From assembly GCA_040220235.1 (NCBI GenBank), contig JAVJTO010000052.1: DNA of 57,678 nt. The stretch is one strand, 5' to 3'. Below are positions 33,836 to 42,906 of this stretch, piece by piece (the first letter of the stretch is position 1; each line of letters starts with the position of its first letter). This stretch comes from Coleofasciculus sp. B1-GNL1-01. Its GTDB lineage: Bacteria > Cyanobacteriota > Cyanobacteriia > Cyanobacteriales > Coleofasciculaceae. The notes below the pieces were generated by a model. That model searched no databases and was not told where the DNA came from. It worked only from the letters and a program-made list of their open reading frames with translations. The translations under genes were made by a program, and so were the position numbers.

Positions 33836-34471
33836 ATGCTAAGTGAAAAACGTCGCAGTGGGAAAACCCCAAAATCAAAGAAGCGAAAATTTTCTAGCTT
33901 CAATAAAAGTGAGGCATTTCAGTTACTAGGACTCACCGATTTGCTCCCTTGGACTCTACAAACAGAACCTGTTCAACTCAGTGCCTTTTTCCAAGAACAT
34001 CTTACCCGACTCAGCCGCAACTTTGACCTGGAAAGCTATGAAGAGTCCAAAAAGCTTTTAATTGATGCCATCTGCGATGAAGCCATTAACCCCTGTGAAC
34101 GGCTCAAAATCTGGAAAGGAGCGCAACTGGAAAGTGATCAGTTAGCGGGATATGTGGATTACCTGATTGCTGAACGTAAGCGATTTCTGGATATGCCGAG
34201 TCTCTGTATCATTGAAGCCAAAAAAGATGACTTTGAGCAAGGGTTAGCTCAATGCTTGGTCGAGATGCAAGCCTGTCAGTGGAATAACCAACAGAAGAAT
34301 TATATTATAGATAGTCTGGGAATCGTTACCAATGGCGAAGGCTGGAGATTCTACAAACTAGATATCAATGGAATTGGCTATGAAACGCCCCTGTACTCAA
34401 CGGGAGACATGGAACTTTTACTCGGACGGCTGCGCTATATTTTTCAACTCTGTCAACAAAATCTGCCGTAA
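33836..34471 (+). CDS. PD-(D/E)xK restriction-endonuclease-fold protein (HsdR N-terminal-like)
   Basis: GYVDYL..IIEAKK..GLAQ..GIVTNGEGWRF motifs. Confidence 0.8.
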   Translation: MLSEKRRSGKTPKSKKRKFSSFNKSEAFQLLGLTDLLPWTLQTEPVQLSAFFQEHLTRLSRNFDLESYEESKKLLIDAICDEAINPCERLKIWKGAQLESDQLAGYVDYLIAERKRFLDMPSLCIIEAKKDDFEQGLAQCLVEMQACQWNNQQKNYIIDSLGIVTNGEGWRFYKLDINGIGYETPLYSTGDMELLLGRLRYIFQLCQQNLP

Positions 34472-34527
34472 CCGAAAAAAGGTAAATTATATCAAAGATT
34501 CGTTTCCTCTGTATAACTTGAAGCTGA

Positions 34528-35424
34528 CTATCTCTCCATCAACCAATTTTCCAAATCTTCTAAACTGTCGAACTCTAATAAATCTTCTCCTAAACTTTCC
34601 AAATCTTCAATAGATAAATTCTGAACTTGACTGCTTGTTCCCACAGGGATTTCTCCAAAACGCTTTTTGAGTTGTCGCAGGATTAATCGCGATTCTCCTT
34701 TTTGTTCACCTTTTTGTTCTGCATAAATGATTCTCCCTTTCTCGTCTTGTAACATCATCCCTCGCCTATCTACTAGATCTAATTCTTCCACTGTCATATT
34801 GGCTTGGTTAGCCAGATTTAAGGCAAATTTTATTTCCGATACTTCTCCTAAACTCTCAGGGATATCCTCCAACATCGCCGCTTCTCGCAGAAAATAAATC
34901 CACTTATCTGTCAAACTCGTTAACTCTGAGAGAGTTTTCTTAAACTTAGGTAATTCGAGAAAGATTAGCTGTAATTCCTGATTGAGGATCTCAAACTTTT
35001 TCTCTCTCTCCTGAAACACAAATTTATTGATGACATCCTCTGTTTGTTGAAAGAGGATAAAATCGGTAATAGTAACTGCCATGGCTGGATTAAGCCGGGG
35101 ATAATCTTCTCCTTTGACTAGCTGATTGGCATAAGCTTTTGCTAAGTTATAAGCCACCCTTTTGTTGAAAGCAGCCATTGATGCGATTTGCATTTCTATG
35201 ACCACAATAGAGCCATCAGTTAAAACGGCTTTAACATCTAAATAGGTGTCTTTTAAGCTGAGTGTCTGACCGGGATTATAGGGGTTGACAATGGTTAAGT
35301 CTTTAATGACTGGCTCTCCATCATAAACAATAGCATTCAGAAAGCTGATTAATATCTCTTTGCTTTGTTCTGAACCAAATATTTTCTTAAAAGCATAGTC
35401 TACTTTTGGGCTTATAAATCTCAT
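34528..35424 (-). CDS. Rpn-family PD-(D/E)xK nuclease with DUF4351-like tail
   Basis: PKVDYAFKKIFG, LDVKA, IEMQ, ELPKF and DKWIYFL motifs. Confidence 0.92.
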   Translation of the reverse strand: MRFISPKVDYAFKKIFGSEQSKEILISFLNAIVYDGEPVIKDLTIVNPYNPGQTLSLKDTYLDVKAVLTDGSIVVIEMQIASMAAFNKRVAYNLAKAYANQLVKGEDYPRLNPAMAVTITDFILFQQTEDVINKFVFQEREKKFEILNQELQLIFLELPKFKKTLSELTSLTDKWIYFLREAAMLEDIPESLGEVSEIKFALNLANQANMTVEELDLVDRRGMMLQDEKGRIIYAEQKGEQKGESRLILRQLKKRFGEIPVGTSSQVQNLSIEDLESLGEDLLEFDSLEDLENWLMER

Positions 35425-35497
35425 ACTTGACCCCTTTGTTTATCACTATTTATTTAATATATTTTATGTGATCCCTGACATACTTACCTATCTGCCC

Positions 35498-36547
35498 TCA
35501 TGACTCAAACGGCTCAAGCAACGCTTCTACCGTAGTATCCGATACCTGATCAATCTCTAAGATGCGTGAGGCGTCTTGGTATAGATGCCCAATAGAACGA
35601 CGGTAGGCTGGATCATAGTGGTGACTTAGCAATTCTCCGACTAATGTATGCCATTGGTTTGTGTCGATTAAATGATACCAACGCCGAATTGTTTGCCCAC
35701 CGTAGCGCGATTTCAAGAACCCTAGCTTGCGTTTCAAAAGGTCGGGATGGCTGATGAAGTGGGGATACTCGTGCAGCAGCCGTTCGATTCTTACCGCTTG
35801 GGGGAGTTGAATTTCTATACAGTTTGCCTGCTTCATTTGTTGCCAAAGGGAGGGGGGCAAATAACGCTGTCCAATTTTATTGCTTTCGGCTTCTACCCAA
35901 ATTGGCTGACTGGGATCAAAGCGTTGTAATGCCAACAGGAGTAAGGATTCAAACTGTTTTTGCGAGGGTTGAGGAGTTGGTTCATCTTGCCACTGTTGAC
36001 CCAAGAGGGAACCGCGATGATTTGCCAAACCCTCTAAATCAAGGACTTGGACGCCGCGTTGCGCTAACTGGTGTAAAATATAGGTTTTCCCGCTACCTGT
36101 GAAACCGGATAACACCTGAAATGTAAACTGGGGCGGTAACGTTTCGAGTTGCTGACGCACATAAGTGCGGTAGGTTTTATAGCCACCTTCTAGAACAGTC
36201 ACTCGCCAGCCAATTTGATTTAAGACACCAGCCAGACTATGAGAACGTTGACCGCCACGCCAGCAGTACACCAGAGGATGATAGTCTTTGTCTTTAGCGG
36301 CAAAGTGAGACTCAAGATGTTGAGCAATGTTACGAGCAACCAGGGCGGCACCCAGTTTCCGGGCTTGGAAGGGGGAGACTTGCTTGTAAAGCGTTCCCAC
36401 TTTCGCCCGTTGTTCGTCATCGAGGACGGGTAGGTTGATCGCTTGGGGCAGATGATCCTCAGCAAACTCACTGGGGCTGCGAACATCAATAATTTCAGTA
36501 TAGGTTTCTAGCCAGGGTGCTTGAGTGTATGTGAGCGATCGCGCCAT
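35498..36547 (-). CDS. mnmH: tRNA 2-selenouridine synthase
   Basis: Rhodanese motifs IDVRSPSEF and YCWRGGQRS; P-loop GFTGSGKT; HRGS; probable ATG 36547. Confidence 0.93.
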   Translation of the reverse strand: MARSLTYTQAPWLETYTEIIDVRSPSEFAEDHLPQAINLPVLDDEQRAKVGTLYKQVSPFQARKLGAALVARNIAQHLESHFAAKDKDYHPLVYCWRGGQRSHSLAGVLNQIGWRVTVLEGGYKTYRTYVRQQLETLPPQFTFQVLSGFTGSGKTYILHQLAQRGVQVLDLEGLANHRGSLLGQQWQDEPTPQPSQKQFESLLLLALQRFDPSQPIWVEAESNKIGQRYLPPSLWQQMKQANCIEIQLPQAVRIERLLHEYPHFISHPDLLKRKLGFLKSRYGGQTIRRWYHLIDTNQWHTLVGELLSHHYDPAYRRSIGHLYQDASRILEIDQVSDTTVEALLEPFES

Positions 36548-36702
36548 GCTGATTTGTCTAGAGTGGTGGATAAAGTCCCGATTGCCAACCTTTTCTAGTG
36601 TATCGGAAGCCTGAGGTAGGGAGATTGACCACAAGCGACTGGGAGCAACTCTCCAGCATTCGCTATCTTGAATGAAAGGATCATTAAGGGTGAGGATGGG
36701 GC

Positions 36703-38346
36703 GTGTCTTACTTAATTTACGATCCCGATACTCCTAATCAAAAAGTTTATACCTTGGAGTCGGGGATTAATACTATCGGGCGTGAAGACGATAACACAAT
36801 TGTCGTACTTCATGGGTATCTCTCTCGTCACCATGCCCAAATTGTTATTTGCTCAGACTCAGACAGTGTCACATTGACGGATCTGCAAAGTCTCAATGGT
36901 ACGTTTGTTAACGAGTGTAAAATTGAGGAATGTCAAATCAAGCATGGGGATTTAATTCGCTTTGGGAGTGTGTTTTTCAAATTTGTGAAAACCCTTCCCT
37001 CTCCTCAACAAAAACCCCTTAATGAGGATACCTCGAATCTTTCGATTCTCCGGCAGGTTGCGCCTGAGAAGACGCGAATCACGATGCGAGAGTTACTGCA
37101 ACCTGATCAAGCAGAACATTCGGTTCTAAAACTCCGCAACCAAGATGCTCATCAGCGATCGGTTAATAAATTGCAAATTTTGCTAGAGGTGAGCAAACAG
37201 CTTTCCTCCCCCGAAGAACCTGACCGACTGATGCAAAAAATCTTGGATCTGTTGTTTGAGATCATGCAGGTGGATCGGGCAGCAATTTTGATGGTTGATG
37301 AACAGACCGGGAAATTGGAACAGAAAGCGGTGAAACTGCAATCGGATTATCAAGATAATACTCAGTTTTACAGCAAACGGATTGCTGATTTTGTTCGCAA
37401 GCAAGGCAACGGTATCTTAACGGATGATGCCCGAATTGACACATTGTTTAATGATTCAGTCTCGATTCTCAAACAAGGAATTCACGCCGCAATGTGTGTT
37501 CCGCTCAAACCGAGAGATACAGTCATCGGTGTTTTGTATGTGGATAATTTATCGATGACGGCTCTCTATTCTGATGAAGATTTGGAGTTCTTAACCTGTC
37601 TGGCAAACCAAGCCGCGATCGCGATCGAGAATTCTCGCCTTTATACCCAGATGGAGGCGGAGGCGGTGATGCGGGATAAACTAGAACGGTTCTTTCCGCG
37701 AACGGTGAGTCGTAAGCTGCGGGAGGAAGGCAATTTAGAAATTGTTGATACGGAAGTAACAGCGCTGTTTGCAGATATTAGTAACTTTACTAAAATGTCC
37801 TCCCAAATGGAACCTCGGCAAATTATTGAAATGCTCAATGAGTATTTTCAGGTGATGGTTGAGGAGATTGTTTTTCCTTATGAAGGCACATTAGAAAAAT
37901 ATATTGGTGATGCATTATTAGCGGTTTGGGGCGCTCCCTATCGCAAACCCGATGATGTCGATTTAGCGGTAAGAGCCGCGATTGATATGCAATGGGCAGT
38001 TCGCCGTTTAAATCAAGTGTGGATTCAAAGCAAAAGACGACCGATTCAAATTCACATCGGCTTAAATACGGGGAAAGTGGCGGCGGGAAATATCGGTTCG
38101 GCAAAACTGATTCAATATGCCACGATTGGTGATACTACGAATGTGACCAGTCGGATTTGTAATTTAGCCAAACCCAATGAAATTTTAATCGCTCAAAGTA
38201 CGTTAGATAAACTCAATGACCGAACTATTCCTGTAGAAAAAATGCCGCCAATGCGAGTGAAGGGGAAAGCTCAACCGTTAGATCTCTATCGAGTTTTATG
38301 GTATAAAATTAATCAGGATAAAGTAATACAAAACGGAGATAAGTAG
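36703..38346 (+). CDS. cyaD: Adenylate cyclase, FHA-GAF-class III catalytic domain
   Basis: FHA motifs IGR..SRHHA..SLNGT; GAF; FADISNFT, EKYIGDA and IGDTTNVTSR. Architecture matches Anabaena CyaD. Confidence 0.85.
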   Translation: MSYLIYDPDTPNQKVYTLESGINTIGREDDNTIVVLHGYLSRHHAQIVICSDSDSVTLTDLQSLNGTFVNECKIEECQIKHGDLIRFGSVFFKFVKTLPSPQQKPLNEDTSNLSILRQVAPEKTRITMRELLQPDQAEHSVLKLRNQDAHQRSVNKLQILLEVSKQLSSPEEPDRLMQKILDLLFEIMQVDRAAILMVDEQTGKLEQKAVKLQSDYQDNTQFYSKRIADFVRKQGNGILTDDARIDTLFNDSVSILKQGIHAAMCVPLKPRDTVIGVLYVDNLSMTALYSDEDLEFLTCLANQAAIAIENSRLYTQMEAEAVMRDKLERFFPRTVSRKLREEGNLEIVDTEVTALFADISNFTKMSSQMEPRQIIEMLNEYFQVMVEEIVFPYEGTLEKYIGDALLAVWGAPYRKPDDVDLAVRAAIDMQWAVRRLNQVWIQSKRRPIQIHIGLNTGKVAAGNIGSAKLIQYATIGDTTNVTSRICNLAKPNEILIAQSTLDKLNDRTIPVEKMPPMRVKGKAQPLDLYRVLWYKINQDKVIQNGDK

Positions 38347-38483
38347 ATAGGGGCTACTGAATAAATGTTGTGGGGAGCAGGGGAAGCTGGGGAAGCAATG
38401 TAGAGACGTGCCATGGCACGTCTGGGAGATGGGGAAGATGGGTAAGCAAATGACGAATAACAAATGACAAATGACGCTTTCCG

Positions 38484-38513
38484 CCGTTAACTTTAATTGT
38501 CCCCACCTACTTA
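38484..38513. repeat. 30-bp dispersed repeat / MITE end
   Basis: CCGTTAACTTTAATTGTCCCCACCTACTTA is identical at 16751-16780. Confidence 0.8.
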
Positions 38514-38517
38514 TTCG

Positions 38518-39858
38518 TTAGAGGTTAAAGTAATTTGTAAAATAATCCTGATATAATTGACAGCTTACCTTGACTTGATTAACATCTAAAGTAATTAATC
38601 CCAGGCTTTTCAACTCAAACATAATCTCTTCGTTTAAAAATGCCGGAGACAACAATATAGTTTTAAAAGATTCCATTAAATCAATATTCTGTTTAATTTT
38701 TCTAGATAAATAGCAAAGGTGCGGCTTAAAAATAGCTTGATAAACAACCGCATTTGAAACCAGCTCTTTCAAAGGTACATGGTGCTGTAAGCTATGATAC
38801 AACGCTAGTCTAACCAAATAAGGATATCCGCCTGTGATCAGCATTAACGGGTGCAATTCAGACGGCGTTAGTTTAAATCCATGCCGTTGAGCTAACTCTT
38901 CGACTTCACGCTGATTAAACGGGGGTAACTCAATTGGCACGCCGATATTAAAGGGAGATTGATTAGCTTGTATGGGAATATAAATATCAGTGGAATGAAC
39001 CAGGATAATTCGCAACTTTTGCCAAATCACTAAATCTTTTCCCTTTTCATGCCAGTGACGCAATAGAACCAGAAAATCACGGGAAAGGCTTTGATGTTCA
39101 AACAGTTGATTAATCTCATCTAATCCAAAAATTAGCGGACTATCAAGATTGTTCAAAATATATTCTTGGAAATAAAGGGTACAACTGACTAATGTGCCAA
39201 CATCTTCATCCCAATACTCATTTAATTTAGAGTCTAATCCTAACTGCCGGGTAACATTCGCACACAGCCAGCGCAAGAATTGATTCGTAGACGCCAATCG
39301 GCTAGTTTCAACTTGGTTTAAACTTAAGCGCACAGTCGCCCAATTCTGGGTTTTTCCGTAAGCAAGAATCCGACTGAGGAGAGACGTTTTGCCCATTTTA
39401 CACGGGGCTTTGATGCGAATCAGTGCAGCTTCCTTGAGAATTTCTTGATAACAGGTTTGTTCAAGGTTATGCCGTTCAATGTACAAAGGAGAGTTGAGCG
39501 GAACTTGTCCTTCTGGAGATTCTGAATGTAACTTCTCTAAACCAGTAGAGAGATACTGGTTTTTAGGAATAGAGGCATTGGGGATTTTTTGTTCGAGGAC
39601 AGCACGGCAATTCGTTCGATTAACTTTTTCTCCTAAAACCTCTGATATTAATTTCCATAGATTTGGCGCAACATGTTGACGAATATATTTTTCGGAATAG
39701 TGATTTTCACGAGCGATTTGTACATAAGTTTTAGGCGTTTCTTTTAAAGACTCTTGCAAGAGAACTTTTTGAATAAAACTAAGCCTTTTCCCAGTTTTTT
39801 GATAAATAAAGTTTTCAGTTTGTTGAATAAGGCTGAGTTTAATAGTCATCGATTTCAA
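38518..39858 (-). CDS. wHTH + AAA_35 (STAND-like) protein
   Basis: N-terminal TYVQIA..LWKLISEVLGEKV wHTH; PEGQVP..YIER, KAPCKMGKT, LDEI, SPFNIG and GGYPYL motifs. Confidence 0.85.
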   Translation of the reverse strand: MKSMTIKLSLIQQTENFIYQKTGKRLSFIQKVLLQESLKETPKTYVQIARENHYSEKYIRQHVAPNLWKLISEVLGEKVNRTNCRAVLEQKIPNASIPKNQYLSTGLEKLHSESPEGQVPLNSPLYIERHNLEQTCYQEILKEAALIRIKAPCKMGKTSLLSRILAYGKTQNWATVRLSLNQVETSRLASTNQFLRWLCANVTRQLGLDSKLNEYWDEDVGTLVSCTLYFQEYILNNLDSPLIFGLDEINQLFEHQSLSRDFLVLLRHWHEKGKDLVIWQKLRIILVHSTDIYIPIQANQSPFNIGVPIELPPFNQREVEELAQRHGFKLTPSELHPLMLITGGYPYLVRLALYHSLQHHVPLKELVSNAVVYQAIFKPHLCYLSRKIKQNIDLMESFKTILLSPAFLNEEIMFELKSLGLITLDVNQVKVSCQLYQDYFTNYFNL

Positions 39859-40768
39859 TATTCAATGCACCTCTTTCAATTAGCCATTGCTTTTGGGTTT
39901 GGCTTAAGCCGATGGCATTGGTAAATAGCGCTCCTTTAACTCGACAACCGGATAAATTTACGGATTGGAGTTGGGTGTCTTTTAAGTTGGCATAACGTAA
40001 ATCGGTATCCACTAACACTGTTTTGTCAAGCACAGCCCCTTCTAAATTTGCTTTAAATAGAGAGGCTCTGCTCAAATCAACATCGCTCAAATCTGTATTT
40101 ACAAGGATAGCTAATTCTAAAGCAACCTGTCGCAAAATTGCCCCGGTTAAGTCAGCATCACTTAAATCGGCTTCAACTAAATCCGCTTCGCTTAAGTCTG
40201 CACCACATAAAATTGTTTTGTGGAGTTGCGCTCCTTCCAAGTCAGTCTGACGCAATGAAGCGTTGGTAAGAATGGCTTCTTCCCAGTTGGTTTGACACAG
40301 CTTCGCCTGATTAAAAATTGCCTCGGTGCCATCAACTCCTTTTAAATTCGCTTGGAACAAATCTGCTCCCCTTAAATCAGCGCGGGTTAAACAAGCGATG
40401 TCTAAGCAACTATTCGTGAGATTGGCGGCGTTTAAGCAAGCTGACTGAAGATTAGCATGATTCAAGCGAGCATTACTGAGGTTGGCTTGGCTTAAGCTGG
40501 CTTCACTGAGATTTGCCCACAGCAAGCTGGCATAAACTAAATTTGCTTGGTCTAAATTACTATTTTTTAAGGTAGCTTGGTTTAAATCGCACCAGATAAA
40601 TTTAGCCCGTTTGAGAATACTTTGATTTAAGTCGGCACAACTGAGATTGGCATAACTAAAGTCAGCACCACTCAGATTGACACCACTTAAGGAAATTTGG
40701 TTAAAGCGAATCGATTGAAAGTTTCTTTCGTGAGTTGCATAACGTTGAAGAATGTCTTTTGCCTTCAT
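39839..40768 (-). CDS. Pentapeptide-repeat protein
   Basis: Continuous A(D/N)Lxx repeats; typical N-terminus MKAKDILQRYA..ERNF at ATG 40768; stop overlaps the next gene. Confidence 0.92.
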   Translation of the reverse strand: MKAKDILQRYATHERNFQSIRFNQISLSGVNLSGADFSYANLSCADLNQSILKRAKFIWCDLNQATLKNSNLDQANLVYASLLWANLSEASLSQANLSNARLNHANLQSACLNAANLTNSCLDIACLTRADLRGADLFQANLKGVDGTEAIFNQAKLCQTNWEEAILTNASLRQTDLEGAQLHKTILCGADLSEADLVEADLSDADLTGAILRQVALELAILVNTDLSDVDLSRASLFKANLEGAVLDKTVLVDTDLRYANLKDTQLQSVNLSGCRVKGALFTNAIGLSQTQKQWLIERGALNIEIDDY

Positions 40769-41064
40769 GTTCCGGATATAGGCTGGGGGATATGAATCAG
40801 TAATCGACAATTATTGCAATATATTACATATTTTCGCCATGAGATCTCTGTTTGGTTAACAAGGTAAGGGATTGAATAGGGGATATGTTTCAGTTCAATT
40901 CTATGACTTATAGGTATTGACTAAGATACCCTATTGTGCATTATTAGGATTTGAGCCAAAAATTCTCTATTCAAGATCTGAACTTTAGGGACTATATTTC
41001 TCAACTCTAAGCTGTAATACTAAGACCATTGCCAATGTTGCTTTGACAGATAAGGTTTTAGACT

Positions 41065-41337
41065 ATGAGTGAGCAAAATTCCAAAGGTTCAGGTCATATT
41101 GTTCCCCTGGAATCTCTCAGCTTTGATAGCTTTGGACGTAATCCGGCGACCGATATTGTTTGTGTGACTCCAGTTCGCACTGTGGTTCGACGCGAAGAGG
41201 AAATTGTGCTGATTCGCAAAGTAAGAAAGGTAGAAGAAATCGATGCGAGTCCGGCTTGCCCAATCAATACCACTCAAATGGCTCAAGTTCAACAAGAGGG
41301 CGAAGTAGTCTTTGAGGAACAACAAGTAGAATCGTAA
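41065..41337 (+). CDS. 90-aa protein consisting mainly of a two-Cys 54-aa module shared with the 637-aa protein
   Basis: The module is conserved at protein level with synonymous divergence against 44632-44793, which strongly supports coding status. Confidence 0.9.
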   Translation: MSEQNSKGSGHIVPLESLSFDSFGRNPATDIVCVTPVRTVVRREEEIVLIRKVRKVEEIDASPACPINTTQMAQVQQEGEVVFEEQQVES

Positions 41338-41348
41338 TTCATCTAATG

Positions 41349-41379
41349 AGCCAGATAGGCTGACTGGGTTTATCTGGCT
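41349..41379 (+). terminator. Intergenic stem-loop after the 90-aa gene
   Basis: AGCCAGATA / TATCTGGCT 9-bp stem followed by TCGTTT. Confidence 0.55.
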
Positions 41380-41413
41380 TCGTTTACGTTACAGCGGTTT
41401 GCAACTCAATGAA

Positions 41414-41731
41414 ATGGCAACTAAGCAGAATTTTTCGAGTTTCCAAGATTTAATTCAGAATTCTCCTACGCCGATTTTAGTCAGCTTCTATGCAACCTGG
41501 TGTGGATACTGTAAAATGATGGCTCCCATTTTAGAGCAGGTGAAGACGTCAATGGGAGATCGCATCAAAGTGGTGAAAATAAACACCGAGAAATACCCCA
41601 AACTAGCCTCTAAGTATGAGATTCAGTCGTTGCCGACTTCAATTTTATTTATCGAAGGTGAACAAGCCAGTCGCATCAAGGGAGTGATGCAAACGCCAAA
41701 ACTGATTGAATATTTAACAAAATTCCTTTAA
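41414..41731 (+). CDS. Thioredoxin (y-type-like) with WCGYC active site
   Basis: FYATWCGYC, VVKIN and IQSLPT motifs; ATG 41414. Confidence 0.92.
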   Translation: MATKQNFSSFQDLIQNSPTPILVSFYATWCGYCKMMAPILEQVKTSMGDRIKVVKINTEKYPKLASKYEIQSLPTSILFIEGEQASRIKGVMQTPKLIEYLTKFL

Positions 41732-41744
41732 ACTCTAAAATTGA

Positions 41745-42815
41745 TTGGGACTGTATTCCAGAATCAATGGGGGTTGTACATTGAAGCGTCTTGCCAAAAT
41801 CCTTAAATCAATCGGCGTTGTTTTCGGTTTTATCGTCAGCAGTTTTGGACTAATGATAATTTTAGGCTTAATTTTACCTGCTGTTTTGGAATACAAGCGA
41901 AATCTGGCGATTAATTATAATCGACAAGCCGAAACGCTTTATCAGGCAAGACAGTACGAACAGGCAATTGAGATTTACAACAAAGCGATTCAAGCTTATC
42001 CAAATTTGGCGTTGTCCTACTACAATCGTGGCAATTGCTTTTTTGCCTTAAATGACTATCAAGAAGTCTTGCAAAACTATAATGATGCGCTGAAACTGAA
42101 TTCTAGCTATCCACAAGCCTATAATAACCGGGGAAATACGTACTATTTACTAGGGGATTATCATCAAGCGATCGCGGATTATACGCAAGCGATTAAATGT
42201 AATCCTAAGTATGAGCGGGCTTACTATAATCGCGGGAATGCTTACTATAATTTAAGCGAGTATCAACAAGCGCGGTTAGACTTTAGTCATGCCATTCAAC
42301 TCAATCCTGATTATGCTGAAAGTTATAATAATTTAGGGAATACCTATATAGCCTTAAATCAATATCAACAAGCGATTGACAGCTACGATAAAGCGATCGC
42401 GATCAATCCTAACTATGCTCAAGCCTATAATAATCGCGGCAATAGCTACTACTATTTAAATAACGTCGTGCAAGCCATTAGCAACTATGCCAAAGCCATT
42501 ACGCTGGATAGTCAAAATCATGAAGCATATAATAATCGCGGCAATGCTTACTATGCCCTACAAAAATATAAAGAAGCACTCAAGAATTACGACCAAGCTT
42601 TAACCCTTTGTCCGAATCATATTGAATCCTATTATAATCGCGGCTTAGTTCAGATTAAACTGAAGCAAAAACAAAAGGCGATCGCGGACTTGCAGAAAGC
42701 GGTTCAGTTGGCGCAGCAGCAGGAGAATCAGCTAGTGCTGGAGGTGATTAAAGACGCCATTGAGAAACTGCAAATGAATCAAGAGATTCCCAATGTTTTA
42801 CCCAGTCAAAGCTAA
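41745..42815 (+). CDS. Membrane-anchored TPR protein (start possibly TTG 41781)
   Basis: N-terminal hydrophobic helix, then about 8 AYNNRGNAYY-type TPRs. Confidence 0.9.
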   Translation: MGLYSRINGGCTLKRLAKILKSIGVVFGFIVSSFGLMIILGLILPAVLEYKRNLAINYNRQAETLYQARQYEQAIEIYNKAIQAYPNLALSYYNRGNCFFALNDYQEVLQNYNDALKLNSSYPQAYNNRGNTYYLLGDYHQAIADYTQAIKCNPKYERAYYNRGNAYYNLSEYQQARLDFSHAIQLNPDYAESYNNLGNTYIALNQYQQAIDSYDKAIAINPNYAQAYNNRGNSYYYLNNVVQAISNYAKAITLDSQNHEAYNNRGNAYYALQKYKEALKNYDQALTLCPNHIESYYNRGLVQIKLKQKQKAIADLQKAVQLAQQQENQLVLEVIKDAIEKLQMNQEIPNVLPSQS

Positions 42816-42906
42816 GGTGTAGAGACGTGCCATGGCGCGTCTGTAGGGGCGGATTTCACTAAACCCGCCCCTTGAGTGTTTAGATTAAAGAGAGTAGGAG
42901 AGGAAA

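Noticed and set aside
41065..41337. RiPP precursor interpretation of the 90-aa protein
   Set aside because: No recognisable leader or cleavage motif, no modifying enzymes or peptide exporter nearby, and the same module occurs as a C-terminal part of a large protein.
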